64,000 bases of DNA from Dehalococcoidia bacterium (GCA_965262725.1 OZ253555.1:1984001-2048000), one strand, 5' to 3'; shown: positions 1 to 10,739, counted from the stretch's first letter. Translations and numbers: made by a program. The notes: generated from the sequence alone by a model not told the origin.

Positions 1-120
1 CCGGGCCGGCTATCGCTGCCCTCGCGCGTCCCCTCCCGCAGAGATTGGGACGGGGTTCCGTACTCTCGGCTATGACTCCTCTCCCGACCACGGCGTGGCC
101 TTGCCAAACCAGTCACTGCC

Positions 121-300
121 CTAGCAGGCGACGGAGCCGTCCCGCTTCACCGCGCAGGTGCGGTCATCCCCGGCGCTGACGGAGGCGAACTGCCCCTCCG
201 GCGGCGTGGCTTGGCCACTCCCATCATCGCCCCAGCAGGCGACGGAGCCGGCGGTCCTCACCCCGCAGGTGCGAACCACCTCGGTGCTGACCAAGGCGAA
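121..300 (-). pseudogene. Detached RCC1-repeat fragment
   Basis: Encodes TCGVRTAGSVACWG..GQATPPEGQFASVSAG..TCAVKRDGSVAC, the same repeat as the adjacent gene, lying beyond that gene's stop codon. Confidence 0.6.
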
Positions 301-301
301 C

Positions 302-2164
302 TCACCGACCAGCAGGAGGCATGAACGCCCCATATCGGCCCCAGCAGGCCACGGAGCCGTCCACCTGCACCCCGCAGGTGCGGTCATCCCCGGCGCTGAC
401 GGAGGCGAACTGCCCGTCCGGCGGCGTGGCCTCGCCATTCTCGTCACCGCCCCAGCAGGCCACGGAGCCGTCGGTCTTCACCCCGCAGGTGTGCTCCACC
501 CCGGCGCTGACCGAGGCGAACTCCCCCTCCGGCGGCGTCGCCTGGCCAAAGCGATTCTTGCCCCAGCAGGCGACGGTGCCGTCGGTCTTCACCCCGCAGG
601 TGTGAGACGACCCGGCGCTGACCGAGGCGAACTGCCCGTCCGGCGGCGTGGCTCGGCCACTCCCATCATGGCCCCAGCAGGCCACGAAGCCGTCCCGCTT
701 CACCCCGCAGGTGTACAAGGACCCGGCGCTGACCGAGGCGAACTCCCCCTCCGGCGGCGTGGCCTCGCCCAATTCACTCCCGCCCCAGCAGGCCACGGAG
801 TGGTCGGTCCTCACCCCGCAGGTGTGCTCATACCCGGCGCTGGCGGAGGTGAATTCCCCTTCCGGATGAGACTTGGCTCTTGACGATCCCCTTGAAGAAT
901 CTCCCCAGCAGGCCAACGTCCCGTCCCGCCGAACTCCGCAGGTGTGGTTATACCCGGCAGAGCGCGTGCCGGTGCTGACCGCAGTGAACTCCCCCTCCGG
1001 AGGCACTCCACAGGATATGCAATCATCTGAACGCAATCCCCAGCAGGCCACCTCGCCGTCTACCCGCACTCCGCAGGTGTAAGCATCCCCTTTGGCGCTG
1101 ACCGCGATGAACTTTTTGCCCGGCGGCGTCGCCTGGCCAACGCGATTATCGCCCCAGCAGGCGACGGTGCCGTCGGTCTTCACCCCGCAGGTGTGCAAGT
1201 ACCCGGCGCTGACGGAGGCGAACTGCCCCTCCGGCGGCGTGGACTGGCCATTCTCGCCCCAGCAGGCGACGGTGCCGTCGGTCTTCACCCCGCAGGTGTG
1301 CAAGTACCCGGCGCTGACGGAGGCGAACTGCCCCTCCGGCGGCGTGGACTGGCCATTCTCGCCCCAGCAGGCGACGGTGCCGTCCCGCTTCACCCCGCAG
1401 GTGTACTTGTACCCGACGCTGACCGAGGCGAACTCCCCCTCCGGCGGCGTCGCCTGGCCAACGCCACTCGCGCCCCAGCAGGCGACGGTGCCGTCGGTCT
1501 TCACCCCGCAGGTGTGCCCATACCCGACGCTGACGGAGGCGAACTGCCCCTCCGGCGGCGTCGCCTGGCCAACGCCACTCGCGCCCCAGCAGGCGACGGT
1601 GCCGTCGGTCTTCACCCCGCAGGTGTGCCCATACGCGACGCTGACGGAGGCGAACTGCCCCTCCGTCGTCGCCGCCTGGCCAACGCCACTCGCGCCCCAG
1701 CAGGCGACGGTGCCGTCGGTCTTCACCGCGCAGGTGCGGTCATCCCCGGCGCTGACGGAGGCGAACTGCCCCTCCGGCGGCGTGGCCTCGCCATTCTCGT
1801 CACCGCCCCAGCAGGCCACGGAGCCGTCCCGCTTCACCCCGCAGGTGTGCAAGTACCCGGCGCTGACGGAGGCGAACTGCCCCTCCGGCGGCGTGGCCTC
1901 GCCGCCTGCCATGATGGGCCGGTCTTGGTCTGCCTCCCCGGTGGATCCTGGGATGTCCAGGCCGAAGGGGGTCTGCGATTGCGATCCCGAGGATCCGGCC
2001 TCCTGCGTCGCTTCCCGCTCATCCGCCCGCTCGAGCAGCGAGCCGGAGTCGCCTGCGTCCTCGCCTTCGGTGCAGGCCGCGAGGGCCGCCGCCAGCACCA
2101 GCGCAAGGACAACGCCCAACAGGGTCCCGCATCTTGGCGCTCGCCTACCGGTCATTTTCTTCAC
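302..2164 (-). CDS. RCC1-like repeat (beta-propeller) lipoprotein
   Basis: Signal peptide with lipobox LAAC; about 14 repeats of ~37 aa (ATPPEGxFxSVSAGxxHTCGVxxDGxVACWG); GGGAGG RBS. Confidence 0.85.
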   Translation of the reverse strand: MKKMTGRRAPRCGTLLGVVLALVLAAALAACTEGEDAGDSGSLLERADEREATQEAGSSGSQSQTPFGLDIPGSTGEADQDRPIMAGGEATPPEGQFASVSAGYLHTCGVKRDGSVACWGGDENGEATPPEGQFASVSAGDDRTCAVKTDGTVACWGASGVGQAATTEGQFASVSVAYGHTCGVKTDGTVACWGASGVGQATPPEGQFASVSVGYGHTCGVKTDGTVACWGASGVGQATPPEGEFASVSVGYKYTCGVKRDGTVACWGENGQSTPPEGQFASVSAGYLHTCGVKTDGTVACWGENGQSTPPEGQFASVSAGYLHTCGVKTDGTVACWGDNRVGQATPPGKKFIAVSAKGDAYTCGVRVDGEVACWGLRSDDCISCGVPPEGEFTAVSTGTRSAGYNHTCGVRRDGTLACWGDSSRGSSRAKSHPEGEFTSASAGYEHTCGVRTDHSVACWGGSELGEATPPEGEFASVSAGSLYTCGVKRDGFVACWGHDGSGRATPPDGQFASVSAGSSHTCGVKTDGTVACWGKNRFGQATPPEGEFASVSAGVEHTCGVKTDGSVACWGGDENGEATPPDGQFASVSAGDDRTCGVQVDGSVACWGRYGAFMPPAGR

Positions 2165-2389
2165 CTCCCCATAGCATCGATTAATACCGGGTTGTTCAGG
2201 CCATCCCTAGTGTCCTGAATTGGAAATGCGATTGAGATATCCGGTGAGGTTGTCAAGGATCTGGTCCGCGAACTTGTGCCAGATGAAGCGCCTCCGGTGC
2301 TCGTTTCCAGTTGCGACCCAAGCCTCCACTGAGCGGACCAGGCCTGCGAGGCTCGGTGCGATTGTTTTCAGCATTTGCAACTCGGGACA

Positions 2390-3120
2390 CTAGAACGCGT
2401 CGCTGTAGTTGCTGAACGAGTCAAACTGGTCCAGGTCACAGACCGCTTCAGCCCTGACCCTGCGGCCGTCCTGCCTGACGTTGATGTCGTGGCAGTCGCC
2501 GTCGTCCACCACCTCTTCGAGGTCGTCTTCGGCTCGTTCGGCGTCCCTCGCGGAATCGAATTCAGCCAACAGCACGATCTTGGCTTCCCGTGAGTTCTCT
2601 TTCTCCACCGACAATCCGTAGACCTCGCAGCCGTCCCAGCCGCATTCGTCGCCTGTGACTATCCGCACATACCCGGAAGGGAGGTCTCCCCATACATCAC
2701 CCAGCTCGTCATCGAGCGACGACCCGCCCCGGTCGCGCCGCCGGAGCATGTCCTCCATATCCTCCTCGTAATAGGCGATGAGGACAGCGCCCCGGGCAGG
2801 AAGGCAAACGCTTCCCATGTGCTCGATGAGTCTATCCATACTTCCACACTGGCGCTCTCGTCGTCGTCGTAGTCCCGATCGTCCAGTTCGTCCTGCAGGT
2901 CACGGTCGTCCACTTCGCCCAGGAGGTAGACGTCGCCCCCGCCGTCTTCTTCGGAGAACGCCATGAAGTCCAGGTCCCGGAGGTCCGCGTCGTAGGCGTC
3001 AAAAGCCCAGTTGGATTCCACGCTCCTTCGGAAGTCCCTGAGGTCGTCATCGCCGTCAATCGCGGCGACATCGAAGAAAGAACCCCGGCGGCATCGTCGG
3101 AGAGCATCTGCATGAGGTCC
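2390..3120 (-). pseudogene. Acidic hypothetical protein, frameshifted and 5'-truncated
   Basis: Asp/Glu-rich coding blocks continue across different frames (..FFDVAAIDGDDDLRDF.. then ..GAVLIAYYEEDMEDM..SDAF). Confidence 0.5.
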
Positions 3121-3134
3121 TCCGTCGTCTGGCG

Positions 3135-3310
3135 TGTCAAACGGCCACGGGAAGGGGAAGGTCTCGAACGTCGTTGTCGGCGTGTAGCGCGGGCGATCCT
3201 CTAGGCTCGTGCCCATCCGCAGCGACCACAGCTCGTGCGCGCGCGAGTGCAGCACCCCAAACGCGTAGTCGTCGGCGCGTCCAATCACAATAAGTTGGTG
3301 ATCGTCGTGC
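3135..3310 (-). pseudogene. C-terminal fragment of an MmeI-like (type IIL/IIG) RM enzyme
   Basis: [52 protein letters not shown] is characteristic of the MmeI-like target-recognition region. Confidence 0.75.
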
Positions 3311-3319
3311 TCGAGCTCA

Positions 3320-3601
3320 GCAAGAGCTGCACGCAGTGAATGCGCAGCATCACTGCCAACGGGTAGGGCCGCCGTCCCCGCCCCGCCTTCGGGTAGACGG
3401 GCCGGATGCGCCCTTCGAGGGCCTCCCAGGGGAGAAGGCCGTCCATCCGTTCGAGGAAGCGCTCCCGGCGCGTCTTCCGCCTCTTGTTCTCGAACTCCAC
3501 GCTCGCGAACGTCGGCTGGTGCATTGGGGCGCGCTCCTCCCTCTCCCCCGCCCCCCAATCCTACCGAGGCGCCAACCTCGCGACCTGTTCAGAGAGTTCC
3601 T
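3320..3601 (-). mobile_element. Truncated IS5-family element (left end plus transposase N-terminus)
   Basis: [47 protein letters not shown]; terminal GGAACTCTCTGAACA near 3601. Confidence 0.8.
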
Positions 3602-3845
3602 GGAGGCTTCGCAGAGGCAATTCGACTGACATTCGACGCGAGAAGCCCCCATTCGACTGAATCGACCGCGATCTTCGACTGACGCTCGGTGGCCCCAATG
3701 CAGGCTATGCCCACATCGCTGCCGCATTGGCCGCGGTGCTTCGGAAGGGTCGACGCGTGAGAACACCGTTCGCCTCATCGGCCGCCACCGTCCCCCGCGC
3801 GGGAGTCGCCGGGAGTCCGCTCGCCGAGTCGGCCGCCAGCGCAGC

Positions 3846-5816
3846 GTGGGCAGTCACGTGAGCAAGATCGCTGCAACCGGGGCACTCGCCTCGCGGGCCC
3901 TGGCCTGGCTGGTCCAGCTGCCCCTCCTCGGTGATGAGGAACTGGCGCAGTTGCTCGGCGTCCATGAGATCGATGCCGCGAGGACGCGCCGCGAACTGGA
4001 GGGCCTCGGCTGGGTGGAGCGGGTCGCAACCGGCTCGCACGAACTCCGCCCCGGGTGGCTCTCGTTCGTGCGCGAGGAGGCGACGCCCGCGCTCGCGGAT
4101 CTGCTCGGGATCTCCCGCGAGGAGTTGGGGCGGTGCCTCGCGCTGCGGACGCGTGACGTGCTGCGGCGGATAGCCGCGATGGAGATCGCCGCCGGCATCA
4201 ACCAGCTCTTCGCCGGGTTGGCCGCGGACCCTGGCTTGCGAGGGCTCGAGCTGACGGTCGCTCGCGTTCTTCCGGCTGTCGGGCGCGCAGCGAATCGGTG
4301 GTGGCCAGCCGGCGTCGACGCCTACGGTTGCCTGCGTGCCGGGGGACTCCACGCGCCGTTCTTCGTCGCGTGGGACCGGGCGCGGGCTCCGGTTGTTCAT
4401 CGTCGCGCGCGCCTGGCTACCTGGCAGGCCTTCGCGAAATCGACGGGGGCCTGGGGATCGGCCGGGGCACCGCCGGTCGTGGTCGTCTGCGCGGACGAGC
4501 GCGCAACCGGCTGGTGGGAGAGCAGCGTCAGGCAGCACGTCGAGCGGCACGGTGGCCAGCCGCTCGACCTGATCCTCGGCACCGCCGGCGCGCTCGCGGC
4601 CGACGGTGCCGGCACCGAGATCTGGCGCCTGCCGGAACCGCGGCGCCGGGCCCTCCTCGCCGAGCGGCTGGGGTGGGGTCCGGCGCCGCCCGCCGAGGTC
4701 GCGGCACCATCCCTGGGGGAACTGCCCGAGTCCCTCCCGGAGGTGCCCCGGCGCACGCCTCCGCTGCGCCGAGCGGCCGCGGCGACGGCCGCACCGGACT
4801 CTCGTTCCGGCGCCCGCGAGCGACTCGCGGCCCTGACGCTTGCCACGGACGCCGACGAGAAGCTGCTGCTGGAGTGGGTGGGGCTGCACCCGCTGCTCGA
4901 TATGGCCCAGCTCGCGGTGTTGCTCGACCGGCCCGTCGCCGCCGTGGCGCGGCGCATCGCGCGCCTGCTTCGCTTCGGTGCGGTGGAGGAGATGACGCGC
5001 CTGCCGGACGGGGCAGCCCGCTCCGCGACCGGATTCGTGCTCGGCGGTCCGGGCCTGAGGTGGCTCGCCGCCCGCGACGGTGTGCCCCCTCGCCTCTACG
5101 CCAGGCACGGTGCAGTCGCCGCCGCCACGGACGGCGGCAGCACTGCCGGCACGCGCCTCGACGGCTTCGTCCGGCACGTCGAGCACTCACTGGGCGTGAA
5201 CCGCACCATGGTGCGGCTTGCCGCGGACGCGCGTCGCGCTGGCCACCGGCTCGAGGAGTGGCGTAGCGAGGCGGAGTCGCACAGGCGGTTCCGGGACGAC
5301 TCCTCCAGCTACTGGATACGCCCGGACGCGTCGGGCTCGCTCTCGTGCGCCGGAGGCCGCCACGCCTTCCTGCTTGAGTACGACCGGGGCACGCTCGATG
5401 CCGCGGACCACCGGGCGAAGCTCACCGGCTACCACCGCTACTACCGCAACCGGGAGTTCGCGGGCGACTTCGGTGGGCCGCCCGGGCTGCTCGCTGTCGC
5501 CACGGATGACCGGGCCGAGGAGCGCTTCGCGCGGGCCGCGAGGCGAGCCTCGCGCGAGTGGGCGTCGCAGCTTCCGCTGCTCCTGACCACCGAGTGGCGG
5601 TTTGCCCGCGATCCTTCCAATACCCGGGGTCTGCTCGGGCCGATCTGGAGGGCGGCCGATGAACCCGCGACGCGCTGGCCGTGGCTGGGAGAAGGCCGCC
5701 GGCCGATTCCGTGCGCGGGAGGGGCCCTCCCGGACACCGATCCGGCAGGCAGAAGGCAAGGGACGGTCCCGGCCGAGAGCCGTTACGCTCAGGCCGACCG
5801 TCAGGGTGTGCGATGA
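3846..5816 (+). CDS. Replication-relaxation (Replic_Relax) family protein, apparently two tandem domains
   Basis: C-terminal HSLGVN..IRPDASG..FLLEYDRGT motifs; N-terminal degenerate copy VDAYG..FFVAWDR. Confidence 0.7.
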   Translation: MGSHVSKIAATGALASRALAWLVQLPLLGDEELAQLLGVHEIDAARTRRELEGLGWVERVATGSHELRPGWLSFVREEATPALADLLGISREELGRCLALRTRDVLRRIAAMEIAAGINQLFAGLAADPGLRGLELTVARVLPAVGRAANRWWPAGVDAYGCLRAGGLHAPFFVAWDRARAPVVHRRARLATWQAFAKSTGAWGSAGAPPVVVVCADERATGWWESSVRQHVERHGGQPLDLILGTAGALAADGAGTEIWRLPEPRRRALLAERLGWGPAPPAEVAAPSLGELPESLPEVPRRTPPLRRAAAATAAPDSRSGARERLAALTLATDADEKLLLEWVGLHPLLDMAQLAVLLDRPVAAVARRIARLLRFGAVEEMTRLPDGAARSATGFVLGGPGLRWLAARDGVPPRLYARHGAVAAATDGGSTAGTRLDGFVRHVEHSLGVNRTMVRLAADARRAGHRLEEWRSEAESHRRFRDDSSSYWIRPDASGSLSCAGGRHAFLLEYDRGTLDAADHRAKLTGYHRYYRNREFAGDFGGPPGLLAVATDDRAEERFARAARRASREWASQLPLLLTTEWRFARDPSNTRGLLGPIWRAADEPATRWPWLGEGRRPIPCAGGALPDTDPAGRRQGTVPAESRYAQADRQGVR

Positions 5817-6014
5817 ACGTCCAACACGACATAATCACTGCAAGGTCAGGGATCGCACGGGGGAGCTGCGCGCCCACCTGGGGGGAAGGGAAGTGCGCCG
5901 GGATCGACGAGGGCGACTCCGGACCCTCCGCGTCGGCGGTGGAGTATCTTTGCCGTGAGTGGGCGGCCGTCGGCAGGGCGATCCTGACCCGGCGTGCGCG
6001 GGCAGGGGCGTGTG

Positions 6015-7577
6015 ATGGCGGCAAGCAGTAGGGCGGCCGGGTATATCCGGGTCTCCGACGAGAGCCAGATCGATACGAACTCGCTCGAGGCTCAGCGCCG
6101 CGAGATCGCCCGCTACTGCGAGCGGCAGGGCTACCGACTGGTCCGCTTCTACGCCGACGAGGGCGTGAGCGCCCACACCGAGCAGATCGAGCGGCGTCCC
6201 CAACTCCTCGCGTTGCTCGACGCCGCCTCGCGCGGTGAGTTCGACGTGGCGATCGTCCACACGCTGGACCGGTGGTCGCGCAACGTCGGCGTCCAGCGCC
6301 AGGCGCTGCAGCGCCTCGGCGATGCCCATGTGGGCTTCGCGAGCGTCACCGAGAGCATCGATTTCGCGACTCCCGCCGGCAGGCTCATGCTCACGATGAT
6401 CGGCGGCGTGTCGGAGTTCTTCTCGGACCAGCTCGGGGTCCACGTCAGCAAGTCGAAGAAGGTCCGCGCCGAGGGCGGGCTCCCGGCCGGCAACGTGCCC
6501 TTCGGGTACCGGGCCAACCCGGAGTCGGGCGTAGCGGAGCAGGTCCCCGGGGAGGCCTCTGCGGTTGCGGGCGCGTTCGAGCGCCGGGCCGCCGGTGACA
6601 CCAACGGGGCGATCGCGGACTGGATCAACGCGCAGGGGTTCACGACGCGCACCGGCCGGCTGTTCACGGCGCATGCCATCAAGGACATGCTGAACACGCG
6701 CTTCTACGCGGGGGTCGTCGGTTACAGGGGGAACGAGTACCCCGGACGGCACGTGGGCATCGTCGACGAGGACCTCTACGAGCGCGTGCAGCAGCGCCGG
6801 CGACGTGATCGGCGGCCGCGCCGGCAGCGGGTCGGTCCGCCGAGCGTCCTCCACGGGATGCTCCACTGCGGCAACTGCGGTAGCGCGCTGCATTCCGATC
6901 GCACCCACGCGGGATATCCGCTCTACCGCGAGCGCCACGGCAGACCGTGCGGGACGAACGGGCGGGCGATCGTGGCGCACCGCGTGGACGAGCAGATCGG
7001 CGAGATCGTCAGCTCGGTGGAGCTTCGGCCCGACTGGCGGAAGCGCATGGCCGAGTACGCGGTGTCGGACGAGGGCCCGAGCCTCACGGTCCTCCGCAGC
7101 CAGCGGCTGCGGCTGGGCCGGGTGTACGCGGACGGCACGCTCCCGGAGGCGGAGTACCGGGGCCGGCTCGCCGAGATCGACGCTCGCATTCGCGCGAGGA
7201 CGGCGCCGTCTGAGCCGACGCTCGGGGATGCGGCGGAGTTGTTCGGCGACATACCGGCGCTCTGGGAAGAGGCGGGGCCCGAGGAGCGCCGCCGTCTCGT
7301 GGCGCCCTTGATCGAACGTGTCTACGTGGACATCGAGAGCAAGCGCGTCGGCGCCTTCACGCCGTCGCCCGCGTTCCGGTCGCTGCTTGCGGCGGCAACG
7401 CAACGGAGGTCTCAATCGAGGGCGGTGATCCTGTCTCCAGATGAGACCAGGTCCCCCGAAATAATGGCGTGGTGGAGACGGGGGAGGCTCTGGCTCCAAG
7501 ATCTCCAACCACCCGCGCTCATTCATGCCGGGCCAGCTCAGTGGTCGGCCTACGGCCTTGTCTGGCAGCTCAGGTGA
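6015..7577 (+). CDS. Large serine recombinase (integrase)
   Basis: YIRVS catalytic motif, LDRWSRN, PFGY recombinase domain, CGNCG zinc ribbon, coiled coil. Confidence 0.92.
   Translation: MAASSRAAGYIRVSDESQIDTNSLEAQRREIARYCERQGYRLVRFYADEGVSAHTEQIERRPQLLALLDAASRGEFDVAIVHTLDRWSRNVGVQRQALQRLGDAHVGFASVTESIDFATPAGRLMLTMIGGVSEFFSDQLGVHVSKSKKVRAEGGLPAGNVPFGYRANPESGVAEQVPGEASAVAGAFERRAAGDTNGAIADWINAQGFTTRTGRLFTAHAIKDMLNTRFYAGVVGYRGNEYPGRHVGIVDEDLYERVQQRRRRDRRPRRQRVGPPSVLHGMLHCGNCGSALHSDRTHAGYPLYRERHGRPCGTNGRAIVAHRVDEQIGEIVSSVELRPDWRKRMAEYAVSDEGPSLTVLRSQRLRLGRVYADGTLPEAEYRGRLAEIDARIRARTAPSEPTLGDAAELFGDIPALWEEAGPEERRRLVAPLIERVYVDIESKRVGAFTPSPAFRSLLAAATQRRSQSRAVILSPDETRSPEIMAWWRRGRLWLQDLQPPALIHAGPAQWSAYGLVWQLR
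7470..7486 (-). other. Putative att core resembling a tmRNA/tRNA 3' end, inside the recombinase 3' end
   Basis: Minus strand reads CTCCCCCGTCTCCACCA (acceptor-like, ends ACCA); it encodes WWRRGR in the integrase. Confidence 0.55.
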
Positions 7578-7914
7578 ATCGGCCGCGGCAGCAGCATCGA
7601 CGACGACTGGTGGTTCGCGCCATCTTCTTGACTTCCCGGAAGCTGGCGGTAGTCATGTGAGCGGACGTTGGGGGCCCCGCACTGGTACTCCACACTGCCA
7701 GATTGCCAAGTTCCGTCCCGCCCCGTCCCGTTCCGTACCTATATTCTGCGAAGGCACGTCGCAGCCTGTACCCGCTCGTCACACCCAATCCCACCGAACA
7801 TGGGCACAACTTGGCCACAAGATCGTCGCACGCGCAGTCGTCACGGGGTGGTCGGCCGAGGGCACGCCGCGGACCAGACCGGGGCGTGACCCCGGGCGAG
7901 TGGCGCGTCCTCAG

Positions 7915-8165
7915 GATCTCAGGGAGACCCAGCGGAGCCTGGCGTCCGATGTCCGGGAGGAGACCGGCCACCCGCTCGTCTTCATCATCGACGAGCTCGA
8001 CCGGTGCCAGCCGACCATCGCGATCGCGCTGCTGGAGCGGGTCAAGCACATCTGCGACGTGCCCGACGTCGTGTTCGTGTTCGGGGTCAACCGCCTGGAG
8101 CTCACGCGCTCAGTGCAGTCGGTCTACGGCGCAATCGACGCGGGGACGTACCTCCGGCGCCCTTA
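7915..8165 (+). pseudogene. KAP-family P-loop NTPase internal fragment
   Basis: PLVFIIDELDRCQPTIAIALLERVKHI..VYGAIDAGTYLRR, closely matching the intact gene at 52421-53884. Confidence 0.85.
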
Positions 8166-8305
8166 TCCATTTCGACGGGTGGGAATGATGCTCTGAATTG
8201 GCCCCACCTGGAGCCGTTTTGATCCTTTGAATTGGCCCCACCCCCGACCCATCCAGGACCTACGCTCGGGTGACTGCATGACTCCCGGAGCGAGGGAAGA
8301 GGAGT

Positions 8306-9940
8306 GTGTCGAGAGTGGAGCTGTTCGAGTCTATCCGACGGATGGCGAGGGAGGAGGAGCTGTCGATCCATGAGCTGGGACGCCGGCATGGCGTGCACCG
8401 GCGCACGGTGCGGCAGGCTCTTGGGTCGGCGATACCCCCGGAACGCAAGCAGGCGACCCGCGTGGCCCCGAAGCTCGGGCCGTACGTCTCGGTCATCCGG
8501 GGCTGGCTCGTGGACGACCTCAGCGCGCCGCGCAAGCAGCGGCACACGGCCCGGCGCATCTGGGAGCGCCTCGTCGACGAACACGGGGCGACGGTGGCCG
8601 AGCCCACGGTCCGCGCCTGCGTCGCGCGCCTGCGTCGCGAGATCCAGGGCGGGCGCGCGGTTGTGACGATCCCGCAGGTCCATCCTCCCGGCGAGGAGGC
8701 GGAGGTCGACTTCGGCACGGTGACGGTGTGGCTGGAGGGCGTCGAGACCCGGCTGGCGATGTTCGTGATGCGGCTCTCGCATTCGGGGCGGGCGGCGCAC
8801 GTCTGCTTCGTCGGCGAGGGCCAGGAGTCTCTGCTCGAGGGGCACGTGGTCGCCTTCGAGCGGCTCGGCGGAGTGCCGCGGCGCATCCGCTACGACAATC
8901 TGACGGCGGCCGTCACCACCGTGCTGCAGGGACGCGAGCGCCTGCAGACCGAGCGCTTCATCGCGCTCCGCTCGCATTACGGCTTCGACAGCTTCTTCTG
9001 TGAGCCCGGCATCGAGGGCGCGCACGAGAAGGGCGGTGTGGAGGGCGAGGTCGGCCGCTTCCGCCGGCGGCACTTCGTGCCGGTCCCGAAGGTGGCGACC
9101 CTCGGCGAGCTGAACGAACGAGTGCGGGAGGCGGACCGCACCGACGACGCCCGGCACATCGAGAGCCGCCTCGCCACCGTCGGCGAGATGGGAGAGAACG
9201 AGAAGGCCTCGCTGCGTCCGCTTCCGGCGGAGCGCTTCGACCCGTCAATCCCGCTGCGCGCGAAGGTCGACCGCAAGGCGCGCATCGCCGTGCGTAGCTC
9301 CCGCTACTCGGTCCCGGCGGCCTATGCAGGCCGGAAGCTGGACGTGCGGCTGTCCGGGAACAGCCTGACCGTGTGGGCCGAGGGGCGTGAAGTCGCCCAC
9401 CACGAGCGCAGCGCCCGCACCGGAGCAGAGGTCCTGCTGCTCGACCACTATCTGGAGGTGCTCGCGCGCAAGCCCGGGGCGGTCCCGGGCTCGGTGGCGC
9501 TCCAGCAGGCGCGTGCGAAGGGACACGTCACAGCCGAGCATCAGCGCTTCTGGGACCGCGCCCGCCGCAAGCTCGGCGACCGCGCGGGCACGCAGGCGTA
9601 CATCGAGGTCCTGCTCCTGCATCGCCATCTTCCCTTCACGGCGGTGCACGCCGCGCTCGGGACGGTCAACAGGATCCAGTCGGTGAACCCCGAACTGGTC
9701 GCCATCGAGGCGCGCCGTCTCGCCGACCGCAGGCCACCAGACGCCGCCGTCGAGAGACCGCACCTGGAGCGCTACGACCGACCTGCCCCGCTCCTCGATG
9801 GCTACGATGCGCTGCTCTCGGGTGATTCCCGATGGCCCGGCACGTCGCCGGGCGGGCGCTCCCGCGCTCCGCGGTCTGCCGAGAACGCGTCGCACACCAC
9901 CACAACCGCCGTCACCGCTGCGGTGTCGACGGCACGCTGA
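8306..9940 (+). CDS. istA: IS21 transposase
   Basis: HTH N-terminus, EVDFG, RYDNL and EKGGVE DDE motifs. Confidence 0.93.
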   Translation: MSRVELFESIRRMAREEELSIHELGRRHGVHRRTVRQALGSAIPPERKQATRVAPKLGPYVSVIRGWLVDDLSAPRKQRHTARRIWERLVDEHGATVAEPTVRACVARLRREIQGGRAVVTIPQVHPPGEEAEVDFGTVTVWLEGVETRLAMFVMRLSHSGRAAHVCFVGEGQESLLEGHVVAFERLGGVPRRIRYDNLTAAVTTVLQGRERLQTERFIALRSHYGFDSFFCEPGIEGAHEKGGVEGEVGRFRRRHFVPVPKVATLGELNERVREADRTDDARHIESRLATVGEMGENEKASLRPLPAERFDPSIPLRAKVDRKARIAVRSSRYSVPAAYAGRKLDVRLSGNSLTVWAEGREVAHHERSARTGAEVLLLDHYLEVLARKPGAVPGSVALQQARAKGHVTAEHQRFWDRARRKLGDRAGTQAYIEVLLLHRHLPFTAVHAALGTVNRIQSVNPELVAIEARRLADRRPPDAAVERPHLERYDRPAPLLDGYDALLSGDSRWPGTSPGGRSRAPRSAENASHTTTTAVTAAVSTAR

Positions 9941-9956
9941 CCACAGGAGGCACCCG

Positions 9957-10739
9957 ATGACAGCACCCCTCACCGACCAGGCCGCGGAGCTGACAATCGA
10001 GGCGATCTGCCGCGAGCTCCGTCTCCCCACCGTCAGGAAGCAGGCGCTCCCGCTCGCCGAAGCCGCGGTCCGAGACCGGATCACCCATCTGGGCTATCTC
10101 GCCGAAGTGCTGGGAGCCGAACGCGATGACCGTGAGGAGCGGCGCCGTCAGCGCCGTATCGTCGAGGCGCGGTTCCCGCGTTTCAAGTACCTCGCCGACT
10201 TCGACCTCGAGGCGGCGCCGACAGTCGACGCGCCGGCGCTCGCCACGCTGGAGCGCTGCGACTGGGTCGAAAGGGGCGAGCCCGTCGTCCTGCTCGGTGA
10301 CAGCGGCACCGGGAAGTCACACCTGCTCATCGGCCTCGGCATGGCCGCCTGCCACCTGGGGCTGCGCGTGCGGTACATGACCACGGCCGCCCTGGTGAAT
10401 GAACTGGCCGAAGCGTCGGATGATCGCGCGCTCTCACGCCTCGTCGCCCGCTACGGCCGCCTCGACCTGCTCTGCCTGGATGAGTTCGGGTACGTCCACC
10501 TCGACCCGCGCGGTGCCGAAATGCTGTTCCAGATCCTGACCGAGCGCGAGGAACGGGCATCGGTCGCCGTCGCCTCCAACTCCCCGTTCTCCGAGTGGGG
10601 CCGCATCTTCACCGACCCTCGTCTCGCCGCGGCCGTCGTTGACCGCCTCACCTACCGTGCCCATATCATCGAGACCGGCACCGAGTCCTACCGGCTCCGG
10701 GCCTCGACCTCCCCGAGAGGAGGTGCCCCAACGACCTGA
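9957..10739 (+). CDS. istB: IS21 helper ATPase
   Basis: GDSGTGKSH Walker A, LCLDEFG Walker B, AVVDRL; AGGAGG RBS. Confidence 0.93.
   Translation: MTAPLTDQAAELTIEAICRELRLPTVRKQALPLAEAAVRDRITHLGYLAEVLGAERDDREERRRQRRIVEARFPRFKYLADFDLEAAPTVDAPALATLERCDWVERGEPVVLLGDSGTGKSHLLIGLGMAACHLGLRVRYMTTAALVNELAEASDDRALSRLVARYGRLDLLCLDEFGYVHLDPRGAEMLFQILTEREERASVAVASNSPFSEWGRIFTDPRLAAAVVDRLTYRAHIIETGTESYRLRASTSPRGGAPTT

Noticed and set aside
302-1900. Regular repeats as a CRISPR array
   Set aside because: They are in-frame coding RCC1 repeats with no unique spacers, and no cas genes are present.
2659-3558. 299-aa ORF as one protein
   Set aside because: A chimera of IS5, MmeI-like and acidic-protein fragments.
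7470-7490. Complete tRNA or tmRNA gene
   Set aside because: Only a 3'-end-like 17-mer is present, with no T-loop or rest of the gene.
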